53,950 nt of DNA from Thermoplasmata archaeon (GTDB lineage: Archaea; Thermoplasmatota; Thermoplasmata; UBA10834), in contig JBASRQ010000165.1 in NCBI GenBank assembly GCA_049273895.1, forward strand, positions 1 through 53,950, written 5' to 3'. Made by a program: the position numbers and the translations under genes. Positions 45,342-53,950 of the stretch are shown in pieces. Every line of letters starts with the position of its first letter. The stretch's first letter is position 1. The notes below the pieces were generated by a model. It was not told the DNA's origin, did not search any database, and saw only the letters and a list, made by a program, of their open reading frames with translations.

Positions 45342-46871
45342 ATGTCAGACAAGGATGTCGTCGAGCAGCTGAACTTCTTCGAGAAGAAGGTCCTGAAGGC
45401 CCTGCACGAGCTGAAGCGGGCGAGCCCGGAAGAGACCCTGAAAAAGAGCGGCCTAAGTCGGCTGGTCGAGGTCATGAACGCCTCCTCTTGGTTGCAGGCG
45501 AAAGGGCTCGTGAAGATCGACGAGGTCATCAGGAAGACCTACTCGCTCAGGAATCCTCAGGTCGCGTCCCGACCGCTTCCCGAGAGAGTCGCAATCGAAG
45601 TGCTTTCAAAGGACCACAAGGGCAAGGGGTCCATGGCCGACCTCAAGAAGAGCGGGAAGCTGAAGGATGAGGAGATTGCGATTGCGCTTGGCTGGATCAG
45701 GAAGAAGGGCTGGGGTGAGGTGACCAAGCACGGGACCGACACGATCATCACTCTGACAGAGAAAGGTGCTGCCGCCATTCACAGGAAAGGGGAGGACGAG
45801 CTTCTCATAGAGAAGCTCGCAAAGACCGTGATTGGCGAGGACGACGCCAAAAGGGAAATCATCGAGATGCTGAAGCAGCGTAAGGATATCGTGAACGAGA
45901 AGCACATTGCAACGAGGACCGTCTCGCTCACAGATGAGGGCGCCAAGATAGCCGCCCTAGACCTCAAGATGAAAGAAGAGGTCGCGCAGCTTACACCCGA
46001 ACTCATCCAGTCCGGCAGATGGCGCGATGTCGAAGTCCGGAGGTACGATGTGAAAGCGTTCGCGCCTACTATTCACGGAGGCCGGAAACACCCTTTGACC
46101 GTCCAGCTGGAGAAAGTCAGGTCGATCTTTCTCAACATGGGATTCACGGAAGTGACGGGGCAGTTCGTCGAGAGCGCCTTCTGGAACATGGACGTGCTAT
46201 TCACCGCACAGGATCACCCCGCCAGAGAACTCCAGGACACCTTCTACATTAAGAACCCTGAGAGGCTCGACCTCTCGGAGGACGAGGCTCTTGTGGAGAA
46301 GGTGAAGCAGGTCCACGAGAACGGGTGGAAGACCGGATCACTAGGCTGGAGGTACAAGTGGAGCAGAGCAGAGGCTGAAAGGGCACTGCTGAGAACCCAC
46401 ACCACTGTCAACAGCGTGAGATACATCGCGAAGAATCCCAAGCCACCGTTCAAGGTCTTCTGCATAGGCAGGATCTTCAGGAGCGAGGCCATGGACTCTA
46501 CCCATCTGCCTGAGTTCACACAGATCGAGGGGATTGTCTGCGAGAAGGGTGCCAACTTCGACATGCTCTGCGGCCTGCTCAAGGAGTTCTACACGCGCAT
46601 GGGATTGCCCAGAATCAGGATCAGGCCTGGCTATTTCCCGTACACGGAACCGTCGCTCGAGGTTGAGATCTTCTGGAACGGCCAGTGGATGGAGCTGGGC
46701 GGGGCAGGTGTGTTCAGACCGGAGGTGACAGCGCCGCTCGGAGTCGACGAGCCCGTATTGGCATGGGGTTTGGGCTTCGAGCGGCTGGCGATGCTCCTCT
46801 GGGGTTTGAAGGATATCAGAGATATCTACATCTCGGATGTCGAGTGGCTCAAGACAATGCCCCAGATCTGA
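45342..46871 (+). CDS. pheS: phenylalanine--tRNA ligase alpha subunit (archaeal)
   Basis: Class II motifs FRSEAMDSTHLPEFTQIEG, GAGVFRPEV and AWGLGFERLAM, with N-terminal winged-helix repeats. Confidence 0.93.
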   Translation: MSDKDVVEQLNFFEKKVLKALHELKRASPEETLKKSGLSRLVEVMNASSWLQAKGLVKIDEVIRKTYSLRNPQVASRPLPERVAIEVLSKDHKGKGSMADLKKSGKLKDEEIAIALGWIRKKGWGEVTKHGTDTIITLTEKGAAAIHRKGEDELLIEKLAKTVIGEDDAKREIIEMLKQRKDIVNEKHIATRTVSLTDEGAKIAALDLKMKEEVAQLTPELIQSGRWRDVEVRRYDVKAFAPTIHGGRKHPLTVQLEKVRSIFLNMGFTEVTGQFVESAFWNMDVLFTAQDHPARELQDTFYIKNPERLDLSEDEALVEKVKQVHENGWKTGSLGWRYKWSRAEAERALLRTHTTVNSVRYIAKNPKPPFKVFCIGRIFRSEAMDSTHLPEFTQIEGIVCEKGANFDMLCGLLKEFYTRMGLPRIRIRPGYFPYTEPSLEVEIFWNGQWMELGGAGVFRPEVTAPLGVDEPVLAWGLGFERLAMLLWGLKDIRDIYISDVEWLKTMPQI

Positions 46872-46889
46872 ACGGCAAAGATCGGACAC

Positions 46890-49325
46890 CTAAATCTCGG
46901 GCGAAGAAAGGCCTTCGAGCTCACGTTCTACGAGAGAGCCTATGTCATTGGATCCCACGCTCGTTAAGAGCTGCTTCGACTCCTCAAGCATCTTGCGCGC
47001 GCGGACAACATCACCGCTTTCCTTGAGCATCAGCCCGAACTCCATCTTGCGCATACCTAGGCTGCGAGGGACTTCCATGCCGTCAAGGGCTGCGATACTC
47101 TCGTAGTAGTACTCCTCGCTCGCCTTCCAGTTCTTGGATGATCTTTCGGCCATGCCCAGGTTCGCAGATGCAGCCGACATCCCGATCCGGTCGTCCAGCT
47201 CAGTGACGATGTCCAACGCTCGAAAGCAGTGTTCCTTTGCGAGCTCCAGCGAGCCTGATTTGATGAGTACTTCGGCCAGCGAGGTCAGCGCGTATGCCTT
47301 GGACCTCGGCTGACCGGTTTCGTCTGAAAGCCGGACGGCGTTCTCCAGGTGCAGCTTCGCCTCATCCGAGCGACCAAGCGAGGCGCACGCGATGCCCATG
47401 TTGACATAAACGTTGGCTAGTTCCACAGGGCCGAAGCCAGCGGCGCACTTCGAGAAGTGCTCGATAGCGTCTTCATACATGCCTCGACCGATGAAGACAT
47501 TGCCCAGCTCCATGTGCGCCAGAAGCATCCCCTTGGAATCCATAACGGCCATGGCATCCATCGCGCTCTTCTCGAGCAGTTCTTGGGCCTTCGCGTAGTT
47601 GCCGAGCTTGCTCTCGACTACTCCGAGACCGCGCAGCGCCTTCGCCCTGACGCCCGGGATCTCCTTCGCCTCATCAAGAGCGTCAGAGAAGAACTTCGAA
47701 GCCTTCTTCAGCTCATCCTTCTTGCTCTTGGTTTTGCCCATCTCGACAAGGGCCTCGGCCTTCTGGTTCGACTCCCCCTCTTTGGAAACCTTCTCGAGCA
47801 GAGGCCACGCATCATCGTCCTGACCAACGAGGCTCGCGGTTCTCGCCTTCAAGAGCATGACAGGATGCACATACTTCGGCTTGGACGCGTCGAAGAATGA
47901 AATGGTCTCCCAGAGGCGCTGCACATTGCCCTCGGCAAGCAGCTCGTCGCTCATCCTGGACATCATCATCTCGGCCTCGAGGACCCGGTTCGCGCGCATT
48001 AAGTGAAACAAACGCTCCTGCGGATTGTTGGCTTTGAGATAGTGGTCAGCAGCCGCGCTATGCCATCTGGCACGCTCCTCTTTCGTCATGGAGCTGTAGA
48101 CGAAATCGCGGAGCGAGGCGTGGATCTCGAACTTGCCGGGAGCCACCTCCCTGAGCATCGACCCCTTCCTAGCCTGGCGCAACTCCCTCGGAATCGCATC
48201 CGTCGGAAAAGGCTGCTGGAACACAGATGCGAGCTGCAAAAGAGACCTCTCATCCTCATGAAGACCTGCGTAGAATTTCTCCTCGAAGAACCTGGATATC
48301 TGGTATTTGGCCTCCGTGGGGCTCGACTCTGTGACCATCTCAAGCGAGAGCGGATGGCCGTGCGTGATGCGAGCCAACTCATCCGCGACCGACCCTTCGA
48401 TCCCTCTGGACCTCAACACCTCTAGGGCCGCCTTCTTCTCGAGGCCGCCGAGCTCTATCTCCGCGACCTCCTTTCTGGCGACCATGTCCGAGGAATCGTA
48501 GAACTTGGGGTCTTCCTCTGAGGTCACGACGATCTTCGCGGACCCGTTGCTGTGCCTCAGCATCTTGAGGAACTCCTGGAGGGTGTCGGAAGCATCGACG
48601 TCGTCGAACACGAAGGTGTAACCATCCTCAGCCAGCTCTTCGTTCAGGAGAAAGCTCAGCTCGCCGAGCTCATATCTGCCGGAGGCGAGATAGGCCGCCA
48701 ACTTCCTGCCGCCATTCTCCGCGAAGAATCTCCCCATGGAATCGGCGAGCGTTCGAGGGGCATCCCACGGCTTGGCCGAGTACCAGAAGATCCTCTGCCC
48801 GGACAATTCGGACACAGCCTTTGCCACGAGAGTCGTCTTGCCTATGCCAGCAATCCCTCTTATCGATAGGACCTTCAAATTCGGCGAGGCGAGCGCCTTG
48901 CTGACCGCCTCGAGTTCCTTCTCCCGCCCGTAGAATTCCCTGACCGAGGGCAGAGGAGATGACCGCTTGGCTGATTTCGCTTTCGAGATCGATTCGGGAG
49001 AAACCCGGGTGGAATCGACCATCGGCGTGATGTTGTTGTCCTTGATATACTGGAGCACATCGGCGGCCTTCGACTTGCCGCTCATCGTCAGGAAGTAGAC
49101 CTTTCGCCTGGCTTTCCCCCTGCGGACATGCTTCAGCTTCTCGTCCACAATCTCTGAAGCCTTGAGCTTCTTGAGCTCGATGGCCGCATGCGCCCTTGAT
49201 ATTGCGCATGCCTGTGAGATGCCGTCTTGGGTGACGTCGAACGGTGCTTCGTATTTGTCCTCGTACCTCACGTAGTTGTTCAAATGATACAGAATACGTT
49301 CGGAAACAGTCAGTTCACCGGCCAT
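46890..49325 (-). CDS. wHTH - STAND/NB-ARC-like P-loop NTPase - TPR repeat protein
   Basis: N-terminal wHTH-like segment (ISRAHAAIELKKL...RRKVYFLTMSG), Walker A IRGIAGIGKTTL, Walker B TFVFDDVD, and a C-terminal half made of TPR-like repeats (for example AKAYALTSLAEVLIKSGSLELAKEHCFRAL). Confidence 0.8.
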   Translation of the reverse strand: MAGELTVSERILYHLNNYVRYEDKYEAPFDVTQDGISQACAISRAHAAIELKKLKASEIVDEKLKHVRRGKARRKVYFLTMSGKSKAADVLQYIKDNNITPMVDSTRVSPESISKAKSAKRSSPLPSVREFYGREKELEAVSKALASPNLKVLSIRGIAGIGKTTLVAKAVSELSGQRIFWYSAKPWDAPRTLADSMGRFFAENGGRKLAAYLASGRYELGELSFLLNEELAEDGYTFVFDDVDASDTLQEFLKMLRHSNGSAKIVVTSEEDPKFYDSSDMVARKEVAEIELGGLEKKAALEVLRSRGIEGSVADELARITHGHPLSLEMVTESSPTEAKYQISRFFEEKFYAGLHEDERSLLQLASVFQQPFPTDAIPRELRQARKGSMLREVAPGKFEIHASLRDFVYSSMTKEERARWHSAAADHYLKANNPQERLFHLMRANRVLEAEMMMSRMSDELLAEGNVQRLWETISFFDASKPKYVHPVMLLKARTASLVGQDDDAWPLLEKVSKEGESNQKAEALVEMGKTKSKKDELKKASKFFSDALDEAKEIPGVRAKALRGLGVVESKLGNYAKAQELLEKSAMDAMAVMDSKGMLLAHMELGNVFIGRGMYEDAIEHFSKCAAGFGPVELANVYVNMGIACASLGRSDEAKLHLENAVRLSDETGQPRSKAYALTSLAEVLIKSGSLELAKEHCFRALDIVTELDDRIGMSAASANLGMAERSSKNWKASEEYYYESIAALDGMEVPRSLGMRKMEFGLMLKESGDVVRARKMLEESKQLLTSVGSNDIGSLVERELEGLSSPEI

Positions 49326-49422
49326 GCCTCCACCTTGCGGCCCAGGAGACGAGGATTACATTATTTAAAGGCAATTGCTACATTGAATCACAAGAACGTC
49401 CGTCACTTTTAAACAACCGGAA

Positions 49423-50736
49423 TCAACCAAGGGTTGCAGGGGGTTCGGAACCTGGTGACGGTGTTGATGCAGTTCTCTTTTCCTTGACCAAGAAGAACAC
49501 GAGAGAGATCGTGAACATTCCGAGAGCTCCGGAGACGATGAAAGGCACGATTGTGCCCACGAATGGATGCGGAAGTCCGAGGCTCTTTCCGAAGAACATG
49601 TCAATTAGCAAACCACCGACGGGCGCTCCGAGCACAGCGCCGGAATTGTTCATCGACTCCAGCACGCCTATGAGCCTGCCCCTGACCTCCTCGGGAACGG
49701 TATCAGCCTGGAGCGCCCTAAGTGCCGGGCTCGAGACCTGGAACGCCATGCTACGCATGGCGAGAAGAAGAACGACGATCACAAGAGCTCCGCCGAACGG
49801 AATCAGCATCGTGCCGAGGAAGGAGAAGAATCCGCCAACGACGAACAGTTTCTTCCTTCCCATGCGGTCCGACAGTCTGCCGGATGGATACGCGACCAGC
49901 GCACCGAGGCCCATCGCGGTGCCGATAATCACAGAAATTATGTCAGCTTCGAGGCTCGGATATTCTAGAAGCAGGAAAAGCGCCATAAGAGGGCCGATGC
50001 TGGAGAACGCGAATCCTTCCATCGCGGCGTTCGCGTACAACACTTTGAGGTTCCTGAGCCCCTGTTTGTCCATGCCGTCTGGTCTCATGAGTTTCGCGAG
50101 CGATATCTTGTGCCGATCCTTCACTGGCGAGCGCGCGTCGGTCACATTGGCCCAAACCATCACTGCGCCGACAAGTGCGACGGCGGCTGTGAAGTAGAAC
50201 GGGAACTTGAAGCTGTCAACCACGGAGAACCCGAGGTACTGGGCGGCGACGAAGTAGAGTCCGCCCCCTATGAAAGGTCCTACGACCATGCCCAGATTGG
50301 AGGACATCACGATCTTGCCCAGGGACGAGCCCCTCTTCGATGTCGGGCATGAGTCAATCACGAGCGCTTCGCTCACGGGCCAGACCATGGCGCTCGCGAC
50401 GCCCTGGAGACCCCTGACGAATGTGAGCCCCACCCACGATGTCGGGATCGTGAAGAGGACTGCCAATAGAGCGTAAAGGAAGCTTCCGATCAGGATGAGC
50501 CTCTTCCTGCCGAGCTTGTCCGAGAGGTTCCCGAAGGGCGCGGCCAGTATAGCCCTTGTCAACATGAACGAGGAGAACAGTATGCCCACTTCGAGCCCTC
50601 CTCCGCCAAGGACCTTCACGTACTGCGGGAACAGTGGCATTATGAGCCCGAACCCGAGGCTGATGATGAAGTCGAGTGACGCGAGGTAGTTGACGTTCTT
50701 GTTGGCTTCGCGCTCGCTCAGCAGACACGAGTTCAA
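49423..50736 (-). CDS. MFS transporter
   Basis: About 12 hydrophobic segments, with the MFS loop motif GNLSDKLGRKR and a repeat SGRLSDRMGRKK in the second half. Confidence 0.85.
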   Translation of the reverse strand: MNSCLLSEREANKNVNYLASLDFIISLGFGLIMPLFPQYVKVLGGGGLEVGILFSSFMLTRAILAAPFGNLSDKLGRKRLILIGSFLYALLAVLFTIPTSWVGLTFVRGLQGVASAMVWPVSEALVIDSCPTSKRGSSLGKIVMSSNLGMVVGPFIGGGLYFVAAQYLGFSVVDSFKFPFYFTAAVALVGAVMVWANVTDARSPVKDRHKISLAKLMRPDGMDKQGLRNLKVLYANAAMEGFAFSSIGPLMALFLLLEYPSLEADIISVIIGTAMGLGALVAYPSGRLSDRMGRKKLFVVGGFFSFLGTMLIPFGGALVIVVLLLAMRSMAFQVSSPALRALQADTVPEEVRGRLIGVLESMNNSGAVLGAPVGGLLIDMFFGKSLGLPHPFVGTIVPFIVSGALGMFTISLVFFLVKEKRTASTPSPGSEPPATLG

Positions 50737-50760
50737 GGTGACCTTGCCTCGACAGGCGCG

Positions 50761-51684
50761 TCAGCCGAAGAGATCGACTCCGGCCCGCATGTTCCTGAGG
50801 ATGATTGGAACCAGGGATTTGTTCGTAGCCCTCATACCACAGTCGGGGTGCGCATAGGCGATATTCTCCCTTCCCACCTTGGTAGCAATCTCCTTCAGTT
50901 TCGCGACAACGCTGTCGGGAGTGCTGACCTCGCTCTCATTCATGGGCGTGACCGCAATGCAACCGGCGCCAAGTTTCTTGTCTGCATCCTCGAAGGCGCT
51001 CCGAGAGACATGTTGGATATTCCTGTTCTCGATTCGGCCGGCGAAAGCGAAGCTGAGAGTCGAGACGTTCTCGAGCTTCAGGAGGTGATCCACAACACCG
51101 AATCCCCCGATGAATCCACAGACATGAACGCTGACCTTGTCCTTCGGCAGGCCATTCGTGACGTAATCAAGGAGATCGACCCTGGCCGCGAGGTTCTTGT
51201 AGCCCTGCGAAAGGAACGGCTCGTCAATCTGGACGTAGGCTCCTCTGTCAGCGAGCGCTTTCGCAATCGGGGCAAGGGCGATCGCTATGTCCTCATACAG
51301 ATCGAAGTCCATGATGTTCTTGTAGTGCGATTTGATCTTCCGACCTCCGCATGTCATGCCGAGTGTGGTTGGACCAGTCAACGCGAGCTTGATCTTCAGG
51401 TCTGGATGCTTTGACCGGATGTACTCCAGATCCTTGACCTTCGAGAACGATTCCGGGCCGTTCCTGATGGCAATCTTCCCCAGCACGACGGGCAATCCAG
51501 CCTCGATTGCGAGTCCCTCGAGCGACTCTGCAAAGTAGGACACCATATCGGCCCTCTGTTCGCCATCCGAGACCACGTCGACGCCGTGGGAAATCTGGAA
51601 TTCCAAAGCGCGGTCTATCGACTCGTGCAGGTCCTCGCTGAACCTGAAGAGACTGCCGATGGTTGTTGTGGTCAGCCGCGTCAT
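50761..51684 (-). CDS. cobalamin-independent methionine synthase (MetE C-terminal domain-like, short archaeal form)
   Basis: TTTIGSLFR...VVSDGEQR...VSVHVCG...AHPDCGM (His/Cys zinc-ligand pattern). Confidence 0.78.
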   Translation of the reverse strand: MTRLTTTTIGSLFRFSEDLHESIDRALEFQISHGVDVVSDGEQRADMVSYFAESLEGLAIEAGLPVVLGKIAIRNGPESFSKVKDLEYIRSKHPDLKIKLALTGPTTLGMTCGGRKIKSHYKNIMDFDLYEDIAIALAPIAKALADRGAYVQIDEPFLSQGYKNLAARVDLLDYVTNGLPKDKVSVHVCGFIGGFGVVDHLLKLENVSTLSFAFAGRIENRNIQHVSRSAFEDADKKLGAGCIAVTPMNESEVSTPDSVVAKLKEIATKVGRENIAYAHPDCGMRATNKSLVPIILRNMRAGVDLFG

Positions 51685-51779
51685 TTCGATGACGAAGAAT
51701 CATGGACCACTTATAAGCCTTTTTGAGGGACGAAAGAGACTGGAAAAGAGTTAATGTCGGCCATCACCGTTAGGGTCGC

Positions 51780-52607
51780 GTGAGGCTCATAGTGACCTCG
51801 TCCGAGGACAACGCGTCGATGAATATCCGAGCGCGTCTCTTGGAGAGGCCCGGTTGGACCGAGAGCGGTGATTTCGACGGACACCCAGCATTGGTCAAAG
51901 ATGATTTCCTCATCGTCCAAGTCAACAAGATCCATCTCGACGAAGATCATGTGGACCAGAGGGCAGAGGAGAGACTTGGGATTCATGTCGATGTTGTCAT
52001 CTTCGCGTCAAGGCACAGGGCGGAGTCCAGGATCCCGACCCTGACCGTCCATCCGATCGGCAACTATTCATCCGCAGATTTCGGGGGCAAGCCGGGCACG
52101 CTCTGTAGATCGTCTCCCCACTTGATGACCTCTGCACTCAGGGAACTCGCCCCGAACGCAAAGGGGATGGGGTTCAATGTGTCTTTCGAGACGACGCATC
52201 ACGGCCCGAGCGTCAACTCCCCCGCGTTCTACATCGAGATCGGCAGCTACGAGGAGCTCTGGGGAAGAGAGGACGCTGCCGAGGCGATAGCTAAGTCAAT
52301 CATGAGCATCAAGGATGAGGGGTATCCGGTCGTGGTCTGCGCAGGAGGCGGACACTACGCTCCAAGATTCACTGAGGTCGCGCTCGCGAGGAAGGTCGCA
52401 ATAGGTCACATGGCGGCCAACTACGCCCTCGACAGCCTCAGCGAGGATTTGATACGGCAGATGGCGGAGAAGAGCGGAGGGGCGAAGATGGTCTACTTCC
52501 ACAGGAAGGGAATGCCGAAGCCCGCCTATAGGATGCTGAAAGAGCGATTCGCATCGTGCGGGCTGGATGAGATCAGCAGCAACGACCTCGAGCCATTAGG
52601 AGAGTGA
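51780..52607 (+). CDS. dtdA: D-aminoacyl-tRNA deacylase, archaeal type
   Basis: RLIVTSSEDNASMNI...FASRHRAES..PTLTVHPIGN...FGGKPG...FETTHHGPS...YIEIGS. GTG start. Confidence 0.85.
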   Translation: MRLIVTSSEDNASMNIRARLLERPGWTESGDFDGHPALVKDDFLIVQVNKIHLDEDHVDQRAEERLGIHVDVVIFASRHRAESRIPTLTVHPIGNYSSADFGGKPGTLCRSSPHLMTSALRELAPNAKGMGFNVSFETTHHGPSVNSPAFYIEIGSYEELWGREDAAEAIAKSIMSIKDEGYPVVVCAGGGHYAPRFTEVALARKVAIGHMAANYALDSLSEDLIRQMAEKSGGAKMVYFHRKGMPKPAYRMLKERFASCGLDEISSNDLEPLGE

Positions 52608-52613
52608 GCCACT

Positions 52614-53339
52614 GTGACTGCCAAGAAGGAGAAAGGCAGGAGCCGCCAAAGTTGTGACAAGATAATCAAGGAGATCCAGTCGAGGAGGAACCCTGAGAAC
52701 ATCGCTGGCATGGCGAGGTTCGGCATCAACCCGAGCAACACATACGGAGTCCCAATCCCCGTGCTCAGGAAGATGGCCAAAGACATAGGAAAGGACCATG
52801 AGATCGCACTGAAGCTGTGGTCTTCGGGCATCCACGAGGCCCGGATCCTTGCCAGCATGGTCGACGACCCGAGGCTCGTGAACGACAAGCAGATCGCCAC
52901 ATGGGTGAATCAATTCGATTCCTGGGACGTTTGCGACCAGTGCTGCATGAACCTGCTCGACAAGACCGAACACGCGTTCGAGAAGGCCAAAGAGTTCGCC
53001 GCGAGCGACAAGGAGTTCGTCAAGAGGGCAGGGTTCGCGCTGATGGCCTGCCTCGCGGTCCATGACAAGAGTGCATCGGACGATCAGTTCGAGGAGCTGC
53101 TATCCATGAGTGTCAAGGGCTCCACAGACGAGAGGAATTTCGTGAGAAAGGCCGTCAACTGGGCTCTGAGGCAGATTGGCAAGCGCAACGCGGAATTGAA
53201 CAAGGTCGCTATCGAGACAGCCAAGAGAATACAGAGGCAAGATTCCAAGGCCGCAAAGTGGGTCGCTAATGATGCCCTCAAGGAACTCACAGGCGAGGAA
53301 GTCAAGAAGAAGCTGATGGAGAAACGAAGGGCCGGATGA
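52614..53339 (+). CDS. DNA alkylation repair protein (AlkD-like HEAT-repeat family)
   Basis: IAGMARFGINPSNTYGVPIPVLRKMAK...LWSSGIHEARILAS...FDSWDVCDQCC...WALRQIGKRN. Confidence 0.8.
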   Translation: MTAKKEKGRSRQSCDKIIKEIQSRRNPENIAGMARFGINPSNTYGVPIPVLRKMAKDIGKDHEIALKLWSSGIHEARILASMVDDPRLVNDKQIATWVNQFDSWDVCDQCCMNLLDKTEHAFEKAKEFAASDKEFVKRAGFALMACLAVHDKSASDDQFEELLSMSVKGSTDERNFVRKAVNWALRQIGKRNAELNKVAIETAKRIQRQDSKAAKWVANDALKELTGEEVKKKLMEKRRAG

Positions 53340-53342
53340 TCG

Positions 53343-53950
53343 TCACTGCACGAGCGTACCTTCGAACTTCTTCCCCTCGAGGGCGTCTCTGAGGTTGGCA
53401 AGATCGTTTCCGTCGAGGACTGCGAGAGAAATCTTCGACCGCTCAAGCACACGGGCCCCGACAGGGTCAAAGACGTTGTTGGGGCCTGCTCCTGCGGAGT
53501 GGCCCACTAAAGTGATGAGCTCCTTGTGAGTCATCGTTGGAATGCGCTTCGCCTCGGGGTCCTTTTTCGGGTCAGCAGTGTAGGCGCCGTCGACTGAGGT
53601 AGCGTTCACCAGTCTCTTGGCCTTGACACGCTCCGCGAGAAGGGCCGAGACTGCGTCCGTCGTGATTCCCGGACTGACGCCGCCCATGACGACTATCGAA
53701 TGTGTGCGGCCCGCACGGACAGCTTCGTCGTAGTCCTTCGGGGGCACGTGGTTCGCGTGGTCCCCGAGCGCCGTTGTCAGAAGGCGCGCGTTCAGGCGCG
53801 TGACCTCTATCCCAAGCTCGTCGAGAAAACTCTCGTCCGCGCCGAGGTCCCTGCCTGCTCTGATGTAGTACCGGGCGATTCTTCCTCCGCCCGTGACGAT
53901 GTAGAGCTTGTACTTAGCCGACAGTCCGATGAGTATCTTCGCGAGCTTTC
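53343..53950 (-). CDS. pyrH: UMP kinase, archaeal type (N-terminus outside window)
   Basis: The frame stays open to the window edge: ...KLYIVTGGGRIARYYIRAGRDLGADESFLDELGIEVTRLNARLL...VVMGGVSPGITTDAVSALLAE...VDGAYTADPKKDP. Confidence 0.88.
   Translation of the reverse strand, partial: KLAKILIGLSAKYKLYIVTGGGRIARYYIRAGRDLGADESFLDELGIEVTRLNARLLTTALGDHANHVPPKDYDEAVRAGRTHSIVVMGGVSPGITTDAVSALLAERVKAKRLVNATSVDGAYTADPKKDPEAKRIPTMTHKELITLVGHSAGAGPNNVFDPVGARVLERSKISLAVLDGNDLANLRDALEGKKFEGTLVQ

Noticed and set aside
49244-50197. 317-aa ORF antisense to the MFS transporter gene and the STAND gene start.
   Set aside because: It is a Ser/Pro/Thr/Arg-rich low-complexity translation. It is overlapped by a convincing 12-TM transporter ORF, so it is a shadow ORF.
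1-53950. Scan for CRISPR arrays, tandem or long direct repeats, transposases, integrases, prophage or plasmid genes, and rRNA.
   Set aside because: I saw none by eye. The only tRNA (Pro) is not flanked by an integrase or a repeated tRNA fragment. The window looks like core chromosome, though a computational repeat search would be needed to be certain.

Overview
Densely packed archaeal chromosomal segment: about 60 protein genes on both strands and one tRNA. I found no rRNA, CRISPR array, transposase or integrase. Most of it is housekeeping: PAN, thermosome, MBF1, archease, the L18e-L13-S9-RpoN operon with tRNA-Pro(GGG), archaeal-type TrpRS/PheS/DtdA, PGK, FolP, ThiL, PyrH, several DNA-repair enzymes, and a bacterial-type GrpE-DnaK-DnaJ locus. 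The MGMT-endonuclease V fusion, an MVD-family enzyme, a GfcR-like regulator and many TATA boxes placed for leaderless mRNAs suggest a Thermoplasmata-like euryarchaeon (inference only). TAG is used freely as a stop codon, so pyrrolysine recoding is unlikely even though an MttB-family gene is present. The standout is a compact minus-strand cassette at 35611-37874 encoding an E1-like adenylyltransferase, a 79-aa ubiquitin-like protein ending in Gly-Gly-stop, a strikingly eukaryote-like E2 (UBC fold, HPN...Cys) and a JAMM/MPN+ metalloprotease. This is an E2-containing ubiquitylation-type module with no recognisable RING E3, in a lineage where only E2-less SAMPylation is characterised. Secondary items include a CBSx4-HPF/RaiA fusion, a wHTH-STAND-TPR NTPase, a perfect palindrome in the thermosome promoter, an MGMT-EndoV fusion with a PCRR active site, a TrxR with a degenerate NADPH motif, an orphan non-Pyl MttB homologue and a LarA-like/CCG Fe-S gene pair. 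All functional calls come from motif recognition by eye; no database search was run.
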